Assembly: GCA_002633005.1 (NCBI GenBank)
Contig: NMRA01000434.1
Coordinates: forward strand, 281,464-345,463
Length of the DNA stretch: 64,000 nt
Reading direction: 5' to 3'
Origin: Phoronis australis
Lineage: Eukaryota; Animalia; Phoronida
Of this stretch, positions 1 through 13,870 are shown piece by piece (the stretch's first letter is position 1; each line of letters begins with the position of its first letter). The position numbers and the translations under genes are program-made. Under the pieces are notes generated by a model. It worked only from the letters and a program-made list of their open reading frames with translations. It had not been told where the DNA came from and did no database searches.

Positions 1-239
1 TTAAATAAACCAAGGTGTTGATTTGGTGGTTTTATTTCTCAGTATTGGGAATATTTCACGTGATCTGGAAAAGGGCCAGACAGCTGTACACAGTTTTAAT
101 TAGGTGCATGCTGTTGTGTACAATTTCAGAATTTGGCCTATATTTTAACTGTGTTTTGATGTTTTCCTTTTGTCATCAATGTATATGATGCTCGTAGTAG
201 AGTTTAGCGAAGTCATGTTTGTCTGTACTAATGGATCTG

Positions 240-240
240 A

Positions 241-270
<30 letters not shown>
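240..270. repeat. (GT)n microsatellite
   Basis: Run of tgtgtgtg...gtgggtggg in an intron. Confidence 0.9.
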
Positions 271-272
<2 letters not shown>

Positions 273-415
273 AGTGCGTTCTGCGTGGGTGGCATTTAGA
301 GCTCAACTTCATTGCTGTCAAGAACATAAGGGTTGGTATAAGTATTGCTATCAATTGCCTTGTGACTAGGTTTTACACAACTTTCCTTCAAGCAGCCTGT
401 GGTGTCTGTCTACAG

Positions 416-3400
416 GAGCTGAGCGCTTGTGTGCTAGAAAGTGAAGGGAAGCTGTCTGCTCTGTACGAGGAAGTGGAGAATCTAAGGGCTCAACTGAAAC
501 GAGAGAGGAGGCCTTTACCCAAGGCGCCAGAGGAGACAGACGGTGAGTGGCACCCGCTACTGTGTACACTATCTACACTCGCTGATTACCTGTATGCGCT
601 TATTAGACCCATGTAGCTGTATCAAAAATAAGCAGATGAGAGGTGGAACCATTTGACAAAAAGGAAATTGAACACTTCTAATTTTCCATACAACTTAAAA
701 AACATCAACTTGGGTGTTCTGCCAGACATTTGCTGAGTTCGCACGTTCTTCAGTACAAGTGTCTCGTCCTTTAATTTTTGTCTTTTGCCAACCATACGTC
801 CTTTTTAGAGGCCTTGACTTTGGCAACCCCTCATACAGAGTTTCCTTGATTTGGCAACCTCAGTTCTAGTTTGGCGAACTCGATTGCTGGTTGCATTTGG
901 CGAATATACAATATGCTGAATGGCAAGCCCTGCAATTTACAATATGCTGAATGCCAAGCCCTGTAATTTACAATATGCTGAATGGCAAGCCCTGTAATTT
1001 TTTAGTTAAATAGTGCTCATTAAACTGTTTTGCATATATGTGCATGCGCCTTAGCTTCATCAGCTTTCTCTTATGATCATGTCTTACATTGGGTATTTTT
1101 GTGTGTATTTTATCCAGTCTTACTGCTTTTCGTATATTGGATAATGTTATAAAGAATACATATCATTGTCTGCCATTTTGTAAAGGTAGCATTAAGTTTG
1201 ACTCCTAAAATAGTTTTAAAAATTCATGCAGGTGCATTGTCCGACATACACAGATATGTGGGTTAAAAGTTGTGTAAAACTTCATGAATGACTGCTGTGT
1301 AGAACTAATCAGATTTTGTTGATGTGACTTTTTGAGCTAGAGTGGTCTAGGATTTATGGTTTGGGAAAGAGCACATCGGATTTTGCTCTGATTTTCTTTC
1401 AACTATGCAGAAATCGAATACCGTATTCGCTCTAATAAGCGTCCAGGGCGCTTAGAAAAATTCGCTTCAGGAAGGGGGGGGCGCTTATTATAGCCCAAAA
1501 GTGGTTGAAACCTGGTCTCCGAAACAGGTGAAATCGTAAGCTAGAATTCATGAAATTTACGGTCTGTAACGCATCTGTAACCTATGACAGAGTTTCTACA
1601 AAATTGCAATGCATTGCTATCAAACAAGTCCCAGTGCAAAAACTCGCCAACTGATGCGTCGCTGCCTCGTGATCACTGATAGGTCAACTTGAATCCTTGT
1701 AAAAATATAGTTTCGACTCAACATATTTCCTGAAGTCCTCCTTAAGTTTTCAAAATAGCGTCCCTAAGATTTTTAAGTTTTTGTGGAGTCTGGATTAACT
1801 GCATATTATGTCCAAATCTGCGCTAGATTGTACTCGCAACACGAGAAAAATACCTGGCCGAACACACATTTTGTCACATGATGTTTGTTCATCTGCGTAT
1901 TTTGTGAGAGAACGAGCGCGTGCGTGTCATCAGATTTCATTTGCCAGAGTAAACATGATGCAGCGATTTAGGTGTGCATCGAAACTAAGGAAATTAACAC
2001 ACACAGTAAAGCAGAAGGTGTTTTATTTAGCACTTTTTGATCTCATCTGCTAAAAAATGTTCAAGAATTGTCTGGACCGATGTCATTGAGTCGCCGGGTG
2101 ACTAGATGCATGACAGTGTAACAGTTATTTTTCTGGAGATTCAGGGGTGTAAGGGTGCGGAAGTGTTCACCATCAGTGGGTCATTTTGACTTTAAAAATA
2201 CCAATTACAACTAAATTAATAATTACCCTTTAAAAAAATAACGTTAACGTTTTACGGTATTAGAAACTTTTGGAAATAAGTGCCAGTATTTATTTCTTGC
2301 CAATGCTATGCTACCCGTTTCATGAATAGATAGTTCCTGAAGACTAATCTTCGATGACAGATTCTTGAATGTAGCGCGTGCTTCCTGGTCATGTGCTTTT
2401 AACTGAACAAAGGTCAAGTTTTCATTAGTCTTCTATTCGCGGTTTTCACGTGTACAAAGAGATTTGGATATCTGTTGAGAGAGAAGATACAATACAATCC
2501 CTTTGACAAGTACGCTGCGTCTGTTCTGAAAGGCCAGACCATAATAGCACACGTCCCTCGCAAGATCAGCAAAACTTGCGTTCTTTTTGAAGCACGGCGG
2601 AAGTTTTAAGTGTATAGTCACGACTAAATACCGACATAGCAGCGAGCTCGTGGTCTACTAATTCCGCGCTCAATCATTTTTTAGGACTGTCTGATCTTAT
2701 TGATAAATTGGAAGACGTTACTGTAGAATTTAAGAACTGTAGATAAGGCATTTTTCGCATGTGCATGGCATACATGGACTGGCGCTTATTTTAGCAAAGT
2801 CTGAAAACGCGTGGGGAGGGGCGCTTTAGGGGCATGGGCGCTTATTAGGGCGAATGCGGTAAGGGGAAAAGGGCAGGCCATGCCATGGATTTGGAATTAT
2901 CTGTTTCACAAAATCATGACACATTTTTGTTTCTGTCATTGTTGCCATCAATTTTCCACCCTGGGAATCACCAATTTTCCCCTTTCCACCACAGATTTAA
3001 CGCTCGTGAATGACAAAAATGCCAGTTTATGAGACAAAAAGGCCCTTCAGCTGCCTCATCATATACAACAATCGAGGCCATCGTCTTCACAGTCTGGTTA
3101 ACATTTGACTTTGTATACAAGATTGCATACAGAGTTCAGTGCCAGTAGTCACTCTTTAACATAATCACCTCATTGAGGCCAATGTTAGCATTTTATTTCT
3201 CTGGTGATGGGATGAAAAAATTAGTAGATTTCAAAAAGCATTGTTTTCTGGGGTTTTATCCAAAGTTGTAGGCATTCTCATTTGAAAGGAATTCTGAATT
3301 GTTGAATGTAATATATAGATGTGCCAGATGCTGGTCATTTCGGTAAATTTTGCAAATTCAAAACTGCAAAATGTTGACTTTTTTTCTTACTTTGCATACT

Positions 3401-4921
3401 TCTATCTGCGTCAGTTAGTGGTTAAATATAATTAGAAATATATTTTGAGCAAAGAATTCCCATTACCTGCAGATTCTCTTGATTTGTCACTTAAGGTTGT
3501 CTCCTGCTGTGTTGAGCTCAAATGTCAGGCTGTTTACAAAATCTGATTCTTTTACCATAACCAGGTTACTGCTGGGGAGGCTTAAATTGGAGATCGTAGT
3601 AATCGCAGGTTGGGCGTTAAGCCAAGCATATGGTCTTAGCATTGTTTTGAGAAGTCTGGGGTGGGCACTTTGCCTAAAGCTGGACTTCATGTGCAAGAGT
3701 CTATTAAAAGAATAAACCATAACGCTGGTTTTGCTGAAACTGACTAATTGTTACTCAACGGTAAGCGACTTCTGAACTTATAGGGAGATAGAAACGAGCG
3801 GTCAAAAAGAAACTGGCACTTTTGAGGAAATCTCGGTTGATTTGGGGTTGGGTGGTAAGCTGAGCATGGGCACGTAAAAGGGAAAATTTGGAAGTTTGAG
3901 GGTGGCTGGAAAGCTGAACATGAGCGTTAACCCGGATAAGTACACTTAGCCATTGGGTCTTTATTGGTAAATTCCTGCTCAGCTTGTTATCGATCAAAGA
4001 ATTTAAAAGTGGTTCAGTTGACAACCTGCATGTTGCAATTCAAATATAAAAATTACTGAAACTACACATCGTATGATCATTGTCCATTGTATTCCATTTA
4101 CATTAAAAATGAAATGTACTGAGTAAACTACCCTCAACTTAAGCGTCCATTTGCAAATCTTTACAGAAGACCTGATTGACATGGAGTTGGAGATACCTTC
4201 ACCTGTACCCCCAAGAAAAAGGAGTGACAACCCTCCACCATCCTATTCAGCAAGCACGCGTAAGCCTCTCCCACCAGAGCCCATCAATGCTAGGGACATT
4301 AGTAATGTAGTCTACACCAGTGACAATGTCAATAACAGTAACATGGCCGAACCCTCCGTGTCAACCATCGTTAACAACATCAATAGCTTTATAGGTGACA
4401 ATGAAGTAATTAGCTCCAAGGAAAGTGTCATTGAGACGAATTTAACACTCGCTGCTGCCGGGGAAACGGACCCTTTTGATTTTGTTACAGCTCTAATGAA
4501 GAACCCTGAAGAGAGCAATATGAACAGAGGTAAAAATGGTCTGAAACACAAGCACTCAAATCAATTAAACACAACAGCTGCTCATGTTAGTAACGAGGCT
4601 AGTCTGTTCTCTGAGCGGACTGTGAGGTCACAAAGACAAACTGAACAATCAACAATGGTTAACAGCAACTTGCCAAGGAAAGTAAACTACAGTAATCTAG
4701 GGTCAGCCACCCATGATGAAAATGTTAAAGACTCGTTGACTGTTGAAGACGGTGCAATCACCAAAAATACTGCTACAGAAGTCAAGATCACTCTCAAGCC
4801 TGGCTTTCATCATGATGCAGCTCGCCATGAGAAGAGTCCTGCACCACTAGCCGGTGAAGAAGAACTCAGTGAAGATGATGAACTCAGTAGGCTGCCAAGA
4901 TCTACTTCGCCTACATTTTGA
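416..4921 (+). CDS. 3' end of an unidentified gene (coiled coil followed by a Pro-rich, low-complexity tail); 5' part lies outside the window
   Basis: Exon 416-542 (ctacag|GAG...GAC G|gtgagt; ELSACVLESEGKLSALYEEVENLRAQLKRERRPLPKAPEETD) splices in phase 1 to exon 4167-4921 (ttacag|AA GAC...; EDLIDMELEIPSPVPPRK...STSPTF-stop). Product not recognised. Confidence 0.7.
907..999. repeat. 31-bp tandem repeat x3
   Basis: Unit tacaatatgctgaatggcaagccctg(c/t)aatt starts at 907, 938 and 969. The unit ends in a hAT-like terminus (tggcaagccctg). Confidence 0.85.
1421..2859. mobile_element. Non-autonomous Tc1/mariner (pogo/Tc2-like) DNA transposon, copy 1
   Basis: TA|CCGTATTCGCTCTAATAAGCG ... CGCTTATTAGGGCGAATGCGG|TA: ~25-bp imperfect TIRs and TA target duplication. 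Body is homologous to 31014-34114. No transposase ORF. Confidence 0.85.
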
Positions 4922-5140
4922 ATAATGATCAAGAAAGCAGATTCCGTTGATGAATGTTGCTTTTTGCTCACTCGTAGAAATGTCAGTGCTTTATCAAAGA
5001 TGTTATGTCCTTAAGGCAATCAAGAATTATGACCAACTTTGCCATTCTTTCATGTTTAATTGTTTTTAAATGTGCTACACTCTTGGATTCAGTATCATCT
5101 GTTAAACAGCTGCATACTGTTCATGGCTCTTTTCTTGGAA

Positions 5141-5487
5141 TTAGATTTTATGTTCACATCCCTAGCTGACAACAATGTGACGATGATCAGTAGACTCATT
5201 AGATTACATGTTCACATCCCTATCTGACAACAATGTGACGATGATCAGTGGACTCATTAGATTACATGTTCACATCCCTATCTGACAACAATGTGACTAT
5301 GATCACTGGACTCATTAGATTACATGTTCACATCCCTATCTGACAACAATGTGACGATGATCAGTGGACTCATTAGATTACATGTTCACATCCCTATCTG
5401 ACAACAATGTGACTATGATCACTGGACTCATTAGATTACATGTTCACATCCCTAGCTGACAACAATGTGACGATCTGTGGACTCATT
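5141..5487. repeat. 58-bp minisatellite x6 downstream of the gene 1 stop codon
   Basis: Unit tagattacatgttcacatccctatctgacaacaatgtgacgatgatcagtggactcat; ttcacatcc recurs at 5153, 5211, 5269, 5327, 5385 and 5443. Confidence 0.95.
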
Positions 5488-7736
5488 CAAGTATTTCAAT
5501 GCCGAGTCTTGGTTTGCTTTGATATTTGTTATCGTTGTTGGAAAAAGTGATTTTATTCATATTCGGAAGTGAGGTATGTTTAATAACATTTTTTGTTTCT
5601 CTGTTGTTTTATGTTAGGGACGAGGCTCATGGGCAGTATTTTTGGCGTGTTAAATTGTCTTGCGCTTGTTGTATTGCAGTCTTGAAGTTGCCGATTTTTG
5701 TACCTATGAAAGTGTCTGCAGTTGATCAATACCTGACATAAGAATCATTACAAAATGGTCAGGATTTTACCTGCAGAAGTGTTAACAATTTAATGGCAAG
5801 ATAAGTTGGAGTAGTGTCTGCATGCTTGAGATAACTGTAAGTTTAATTATTTAGGATATTATTTTTATCTTTTTTATTTTTCAAACTTAGTTGTTCACAG
5901 ACATCAACATGTCTTGGGGAAGGGCATTAACAGTTGGGATTTACTTTTAATTTTCTCAGAATATCAGTGAAGAAAATGTCGGGAGAGAAAAATAAATTTG
6001 GCTGGTTTTTTGGTCTATTAACAAAGTTTAATGTGCTTGAGGATGTTGATACTGGATATAAATGTGTATTCCTGTAGTCTTGCTGCCAGTTTATCCTTAA
6101 AGAACATGTAACTCAATGGTGCTCATTTTCAGATATTGTAATGGACATACTGTGCTGACAAAACAATTTTCAATTTATGTTCACACTGTTTGTAAATAAC
6201 CAACTTTTGTTACAGTTGTTGGAATAATACATACACATTTCCACCTTATTTCTGTTGTTCTGTATGAGTCAGAAAGAGGCTGCGCAATACCACGAAGTGC
6301 ATCATCAGAAAAAAATTGTGTGGAACTGTATGGTGGGGGTTCTTATGTGACAATTTTCTAGTGACTGAAATGGTGAATTTATTTAGTAAAGGTTTAAGTA
6401 CCAGTTCCTTTTTCACATGATGAGCCTGTCAAACTGGACTAATGTCCTTGCTATGGTAGCGCAGTGTGTCTAAATTGAAGTGAAATTGTTTGAAGGACTA
6501 GCTAGCCATTTGATTTTCTGAATGCTTTTCATGGCAATTGAAATGAAATCCTTTTAAGGTAAGACAGTTTTGAAAACGGCTTTGTAACAACTTTGTTTTG
6601 AATTAAGAGTTTTGGACAGCAAAGCCATGCATTCCAATAAACTACATGCCACTGTATATGAAACCTAGCTTCTTTCAAAGCCTAGGTTTCTATTTAAACC
6701 ACTTGTTAAAGAACATTCTACGCTCAAATTAGGGGCTGATTTTTGTGCTATGATCTACCAGCCGTTGATGGTCAAGTCTAGACTCAATGAGTCGACTTAT
6801 GGTCATTACATCTACCGACCCAGGCAGATGATTCATGAAAGGTTAAAAAATTCCACTCAGTTGATTTCTGTCGTTTATTCGCTTTGACTGATTCTTCAAA
6901 CTTTAACAGAGTTCTGAAATGTTGCCATTATGCCGACAGTCACATTGAATTGTAAGAATTTGTAGCAGCAAGTTCTCAATTTAAATGACAATCAAATATG
7001 TGCATATGTAGAATGTAACAAACTACAATACAAAAATGTGTAAAACAAGATAAAAGAATTGCTAAGATTATAACTTACTTAATTGCCATGTAGTTACAGG
7101 ACACTTAAAGTTGTATTTCGCTGTTTAGCTGGCAAAAAAGCTAAAATCGTTTAATCTCATAAAATTGTCCTCGTGTTCCTAACTATGATAGGATTCTATT
7201 TCCGTTACCATCATGACTATTGAAACCATCAACGACTCGAGGAAATGCTTCACGGTTTCTTGGGGTTGATCAACTTCAACATTTCGAATTTGAAAATGGC
7301 GCACGAACGCATTGCCTGTGACTTGGGTTGTTGGCTCGTTCATAAACAATTCAAGATCAGACGAGAGTGATGTTTTTATATCCTAAATGGCTTTGGTTAA
7401 GAATTCAACATTGACAATTAAACAGCAGTGACATGAAATTTTAAGATACTGCGCACATGTAGAAAAATGTAAAATACAATATTAAACCCTGTACTTGCAG
7501 AAATTGTTATAAATGGTATATGGAAAGGACCTTTAGTTGTTGGAGTTCATTATATGCAAACTAGGAAAATTAATGTTAATGTAAATCGGCAACATAATAT
7601 AGCTATTTACAAGGAAAAAACACTAATAAAATACTAGATTAATGTCCATAGTAAGCACTTAAATATATATGAAGGTAAATCTGAGTTACAAGTTACAGTT
7701 AACAGAATTATTTACATGTCTTATAGCAACTGTTAA

Positions 7737-10700
7737 TTACAAATCAAGTGTGTCATCAGAGGTCAAACAAGCATCTAGATCAAACTCGTCAAAAAACTTG
7801 TCTCCTTTGGCTTGATTGGCAAAGATTTTATTAACTTCACTAAAATGTCTCTCCACACTGTTTCCATTGTTGTCCTTACGGGGATCTTTGATGCGCGATG
7901 TTAGCGCAAAATCCATCAAGTCTTCCGACAGTACGTTGTGCACAGAATCATTGCATACAATGGCTGGCGCTGGTCTCGTGTTCTGGGGCTGGTTATCCGG
8001 AGTGGGTGAAGACTGTCGTGATGATATGGCCGATGATACTGGAGAGCCAGAGGCGCTGGATGGAGCAGAACTGTCTGTGCCAGGCCTGCAATGGAGGGAA
8101 AATGTCTGAGAACCCTGATATAAAACAATAAGCTGAGGAATGTGCGGGGAACGATACAAGATTGACAAATATACATTACACAAATTTCTTGAGACTTTAA
8201 CTTTTGCAACTTGCATTGTAATCAAAGTTCGCTGTAACCAAATCAATTTGCATGCTTTACAGTTGGTATTCCATTTGTAGAATAGAACATAAAAAGCAAG
8301 CGAATGTCATAAACCAGACGCATTGCAGCAACACAGTTTGATTATTCTGTAAAAGTAGCGCCGAGGTATTCAAGCCAGGCCTACTATTCTAAAGCTGTTT
8401 TAAGACCACCTTCCGTAAAAACAAACGAACTTCAATGACTGGTCTCATTGTTTTTTAAGACCATTTGTCTGGTTGCAACTAATGGCATTAGTCATTTATC
8501 TATCCCAAAAATCACCTCTAATCTGAGTAAGGAACAATTTGAGACCAATTTCATAGCAGTAAATAGAACTGATCAAAACAGATGGGTTTACGGCCAGTCA
8601 GTACCTCCTGGGGATTCTCTGTTTCTCGTTGGCTGGATCCCAGGCATGTAACTTGATTCTCCACAGACGCACTTGTTGATCCCACGACCTGCGACTGCAC
8701 TTCTTGAACTTGTTGGGAGTTCGGGGGTGACAGGCTTGACGCTTGATCCTGAAAAAGTAAAAGAATTTTAATTGTATTGGTTTTCTAAAATATCAAATCG
8801 TTTTAGTTTTCATTTCACTTTTTCCTGGTTTTATAGCCCTTCATGCAAAAGCGGAAGAATTCTAAAAATTCCTAATAGTGTTTAGGAGGAAAATGCACAA
8901 AGCTTGGTATGTCCGATCAGCCATTTCCAGGCTTATGACGTTCCAAATTTAGCAAATTTGGACCTACATAACCTTAACAAATCTAGATAAGGTCACACTA
9001 CTATCTGACACCCAGACAATGCTGATATAAAAGAATTTTCAAAGCAATTAAAATTCTTAGGGCTGTTCCAGCAAAATCTGTGTGGGAGGGGGGGGAAGGC
9101 AACTGAAATAAAAATTTATGGGTGGTTGCGTTTGAATTAAATTCAAAATGGCTGGTGTTCGTACTTCAAAAAAATAAAAATTTACAGGTCATTGTTGTTT
9201 CATTGGGCCATAAATGTTTGATGGTGGGTAATTTTAGTAAATTTTATAAACAATCCGCACAGAATCAAAAACTGAAACAAAAATGCAACTTGCAAAAAGC
9301 TCCGACTTTTTCACTCCCTCCGATCTCCTCATCGGCATGTCCATAACACCATTTAACCACAGGTGCTCGAATTTGTCAACGGCTAATAACCATATATGAG
9401 AAACATATGTTTTCTTAGTAATGAATGACGTTAGTGGTGATGGAGGAACAGATAAACTCAAGCGCCTGTGCAGTCAACCACAAGAACAAAAAAAAATTAT
9501 GGGTGGTTGCATTTCAAACTTATAAAAAATAACGGGTGGTAGGCTGAAGAAATAAATGAAAAATATGGGTGGTGGGTGCGAAAAAAGGTGCCTTCCCCCC
9601 CTCCCATACAGATTTTACTGGAACAGCCCTTATGACTGTTCCAGTAGAATTGAGACAAAAAAGTATGTTTAATTTGTGACCAGCTGTTTGCAGAGTGGGA
9701 TGGATCTTAATGACAGCAATGACACTACACTATAAGCTAGCATTCTTATAACCCTCTACGATAACATTGCAGGAAACCGTTCGCAACTACAACCATTTCC
9801 ATGAGGAGTGTACTTCCTGACCTACCAAAAAAATGCCATATTTTTTGTCTTTTCACAACATCACCATTCTTATGACGTGAAAAACGTTTGTTAGCAGCAA
9901 GCCTCAACACTTCCTTCACAAAACTGTACATTTTGTTGCTCAATTATGAAAATGCCGATAACTGTGAACAAGCCCTAATATAGTCCCCAACAGCAGCAAT
10001 GCCAAACATTAAATACACATCCAAAGAAAAAGGACGCTTTGAATCATGCTGACAAATATAATTTAGAAACTATCATATTTTTCATTTTAGCAATTTCAGT
10101 CTCAACACTGCTGACATACCGTGGCACTTGTTTGGAGTAGCTATCGTAGCTCAGAGTATTCTTGCCGTAGTCAATCTGTTTCTGACGACGCATCAACACC
10201 CCTTCATCAGTCTCCATGTTGGTGTCCTTGCGCCCACCATCTGATGACTCAGACTTCAAGTCAAGCTTCCTCTTGTATCTAATTACATAACAACTGTATC
10301 ATTGTGGAGCATGAAATTAGGCCAATTATGGTAATTCTCCACTTATTTTGCACAAAATTAATTACCAAACATTTTTCTATTTTAAAAAGGCTGATCACCT
10401 TGCGCCAAATACTGGGAACATTTATCATTTCTGACATCTACACAATGGAACGCAACTTATCGGCCATATTGTGCACTAAATAGATGAAGAATTACCCTAA
10501 ATGAGTAATAGTTGGATGTAACATGTCTGTGTTTTGAGAACCAGTTTGATGCGCGTTATTCAGTGGAGAAAACTGGTTCTCAAAATTTGAGCAAGTTATA
10601 TCCGACCATTACCCCATAAATGAATAATCAAACATAACACGCTAAGTGTTGTATCGCATAAATATCCCAATTTTAGTGACAAATAGAAATGGTAGTTTAA

Positions 10701-13001
10701 AATGGAATAGGCATTTAGCACACGATTCTATATTGATGTACTTTAAGTACACTAAAGGTTTCAAAATCCAAAAAGAATGCTCACCACAGTGAGTTGTTTT
10801 ATGTTCACAAGTCAACATCAATTGATTACTGACACATTAACCTTTTATTTAAGCATTCATAAGCACATCTAGTGCAGTAACACAGTATTTATGAACTGAG
10901 GAAACATTATAACGGTTGTTGTTTGGAGACCCACTTTTAAGAACAGAAGTATCAGCGATGCCAGATATACAGCTAACCTGTGTAAATCTTTTTTAGTCTG
11001 CTCAAGTCCATTCTCATACTCCTCTACCTGGTCAGCCCAGCTGGATGAGCGATTGAACAAAGGGCGCACCTCAGGTGTGTACCTGGACACAGTAACACAT
11101 AGTTTATAACAAGGACACGTTGGCACATTGCAGCTTATGAAAACAATACAAAAGGAGAAACAGAAGTCTTTCTTGATCAACAGCGGTTGCTGGGGGGTTG
11201 TTGGATTGGCTCAAAAACTCCACATGGCCAAGAAATCTATGGCAGCAAAATTTGTGTAGTTTCCAAAATCCATGTAGTTGTACAAAGAAAACAAAAATGT
11301 CTACGGAAAAAGTGGCGTAGTTTCCTTCGCAATTTGTTGGACATGGTTCTGAGGTCAAGAACGCAGAACAAAATGCTTTCTACTAAGTAATTTACTTTTG
11401 CTCATATCATAAGAAAACAATCATAAACCTTCTCCGTCAAGTATGTTTTCAAAATGTGATTTTTTTCTGAACATAATTAGTAATAGCAGGTGCCTCCCTC
11501 ATCGTGTTCATCATTGAAAACTCACCTATTGTTTCCAAGGTCAGGATATTCTGCATCATCCAGATGTTTGGTGGTGGTGGGTGTGACTGGCTTCCAAGAT
11601 TGACGTTGCCCTGACAATGACCTGTTAGACCAAAATAGAAATCATGCAGGGGTTTGACATCCTAAAGGCCACATAAAAAATAAACATGCTTATTGTCACT
11701 GCCAACACCTAAAAAATTGCACTGCTGTTTTTTTATATTTTAAGAAAATTCTGTTTGCAAGCGTCAGTAAAATATGTTTGCAGAATGAGGAAGTACTTGT
11801 ACAGAGTATGGAAATTTATCTGTCAGCAGATTGTGCAGTGGCAGAGTGCACGTCATCTAGGTATATATGAAAAGGTACAAGTCATACCGTCTGTAAGCTG
11901 GGAAACATTCTGTAGAACCGAATCTCGCAAAAAATGTAAGAGCATGCAAGACTTTGTGGGATATTGCCATATGTATAACAAGCAAAGCGAAACGTGTCTA
12001 GGAAATTCTACTATGATCTTGGCCATTTAGTTTACACCGATGCGGACGCAGGGGGGGGGGGGCTGCGTGATACTCAAGCATTTAATAGCCTTTCAGGGGA
12101 CATAGGCCTATACGGAAGACTTCACCATGAGGGTCTGTGACACCACTTCTAGCTTCTAGCAATGTCAATTTCTGGATGAGCTCTGGACAATAAAATGTTT
12201 ATTTTTTACCTTGTCAGTTGCCACACAAGATGTGCATCCAATTACACATACAAAGGTTAAACTGGCACAACACAATATCTGTGTGATAACTTATGCTAGT
12301 TGTATTTGAGCAAGTGCAGTTTGCACCCACATCAACTTACCCCAGTGCAAATGTCTACATGAGCAGGCTGTGCCGGCAGTGTTCAGAAGTGGTGATTAAG
12401 TTTAAATACATGGACACTAAAAATAATAACTCCAGTTGATGGGAACTAGTTTTCACTGAATAACCCTTTATTTTGCAGTTTAACTTCATTGCACGGTATA
12501 CCTCTTTTCGACCTTTTCACTTGTTTGCTGGTTGTCCTTGGGAGGCCTTAAAGGACTTCTTAGTGGACCCAGGTCGTTGTCTGCTTCATATTTGTGGTTT
12601 GGATATCTACAAAAAATTGCCATTAACTAGGACCAGTACTATCATGAAATTTCAGTCATCAAACTGATTACTCTCAGACATTAATTATTCTAATTAATGT
12701 GCCTTTGCACTTAATTTTCTTGTGCAGTTTATTCTGTATAGTTGTTTTTTGTGCTTTCAAATTCAATAACTATAAAGATGTGCTCACGTTGATAGGCTAC
12801 TGAACACCACTATATGCACTGGTCAACAGATTAGGCCTAGGTTACTTACTCATTGCGTTCACTTGAGTAGGGACTGCCGCGGCGCCTAACGTTTCTTCGG
12901 TTTCGCGAGAATGAGTTTCTCTGTCGACTGTTCTCACTTTCAGATCGCGAAATTTTCTCCATTTCCTGGGCCTTTGAGAGTCGAAGAGGTTTGCTGGACA
13001 T
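7737..13001 (-). CDS. SLBP: Histone mRNA stem-loop binding protein (~369 aa, 7 exons)
   Basis: Exons (minus): 13001-12850, 12606-12502, 11621-11526, 11082-10978, 10278-10120, 8748-8605, 8085-7737; all GT-AG, frame open (1110 nt). Motifs: [15 protein letters not shown], and the RNA-binding domain [20 protein letters not shown]...[32 protein letters not shown]. Confidence 0.95.
9060..9629. mobile_element. PIF/Harbinger-like MITE in an SLBP intron
   Basis: TTA|GGGCTGTTCCAGCAAAATCTGTGTGGGAGGGGGG ... CCCCCCTCCCATACAGATTTTACTGGAACAGCCC|TTA: ~45-bp TIRs and TTA target duplication. Confidence 0.8.
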
Positions 13002-13870
13002 TCTTGTCGCTTTATATAAAAATAAGATTTTGCAAAAAAGTTAAACTAAACGTGTTTTAACAGGTTAAGGTTATTTGAGAGAAATGACAAGGAACCGCGG
13101 GCATCCAAACAAAACGGATTTCGCGCCAAACTGGAACGACCTTGTTACGCATGCGCGAGCACTTAGATTTGTCCCAACAATGACTATCGGCATCAGTTTG
13201 CTTGTTTCTGAAATCTAGGATTGAATTTGCTTCATGTAAGTATTTATTTTCATTTTCTGCGATGGTGCATTTGTCTGTAACACAATATTCAATATAGAAA
13301 GGGCGGTACACACTGGTAAAACTGGGTTTCTTACAAATACATCACTGCGCATGTGCAGCGTGGGTGCCATCGATTTGTTGTTTTTCAAATGTGGCGGCGG
13401 GGCGCTAGGCTGCAGATAATTTCCAGCAAGTATCTCAGTTTTGTGTAAAGCTACTGTTCGTGGCCTCTGCTTTGCTCGCGGGAAGTACTTTGAAATTCAA
13501 ACGCTCTACTGGTCATGTTGTCTTGAGTGTTGATGTTCAGAAAGCGGGAAACTTTGTAATTTCTGACTCGCGCAACACACGTTTCACAAGAATCCGGAAA
13601 TTTTCTTTGTGAATATCCGTCTCAACTTGCATTCAACGAAAGTCATACATTTGTCGGTATTTTGGTCTGATAACAAGCATTGTTTGTACAGTGAGTTACA
13701 CGTGATGGGCCAATGACAGTGGGTGAAACTTGAAGCTAATCGAAGAAAATTGTTTACAAAATTGGTAAGACTGAACTCTAAACTGAACTCGGACAATTTG
13801 CTGGAGACAACCCGTTGCGGCGGCTAAGCTACTGATGCAAGTTTTGTAAGCTAATGCAGTTAGTGAAGAC
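13002..13870. promoter_or_regulatory. Bidirectional SLBP/Cdc25 promoter with cell-cycle elements
   Basis: CpG-rich gap between divergent ATGs. Double E2F site TTTCGCGCCAAA 13119-13130; NRF1-like ACGCATGCGCG 13147-13157 and TGCGCATGTGCA 13346-13357; reverse CHR TTCAAA 13384-13389 beside GGCGGCGGGG; GCGGGAA followed by an inverted CHR pair TTTGAAATTCAAA 13489-13501; E2F GCGGGAAA 13544-13551; E-box CACGTG 13699-13704; CCAAT 13710-13714. Confidence 0.75.

Noticed and set aside
170-415. N-terminal part of the 148-aa ORF 170..616
   Set aside because: It runs through a (GT)n microsatellite; only 416-542 has splice signals and coding character.
3480-4010. Possible additional decayed DNA transposon in the gene 1 intron
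   Set aside because: Terminus-like motifs are present but I could not pair TIRs or find a target duplication.
5141-5487. Regular repeats resembling a CRISPR array
   Set aside because: Units are contiguous with no unique spacers, there are no cas genes, and the context is eukaryotic.
8086-8246. 5' part of the 169-aa minus ORF as a separate gene
   Set aside because: Intronic read-through upstream of the SLBP last-exon acceptor at 8085.
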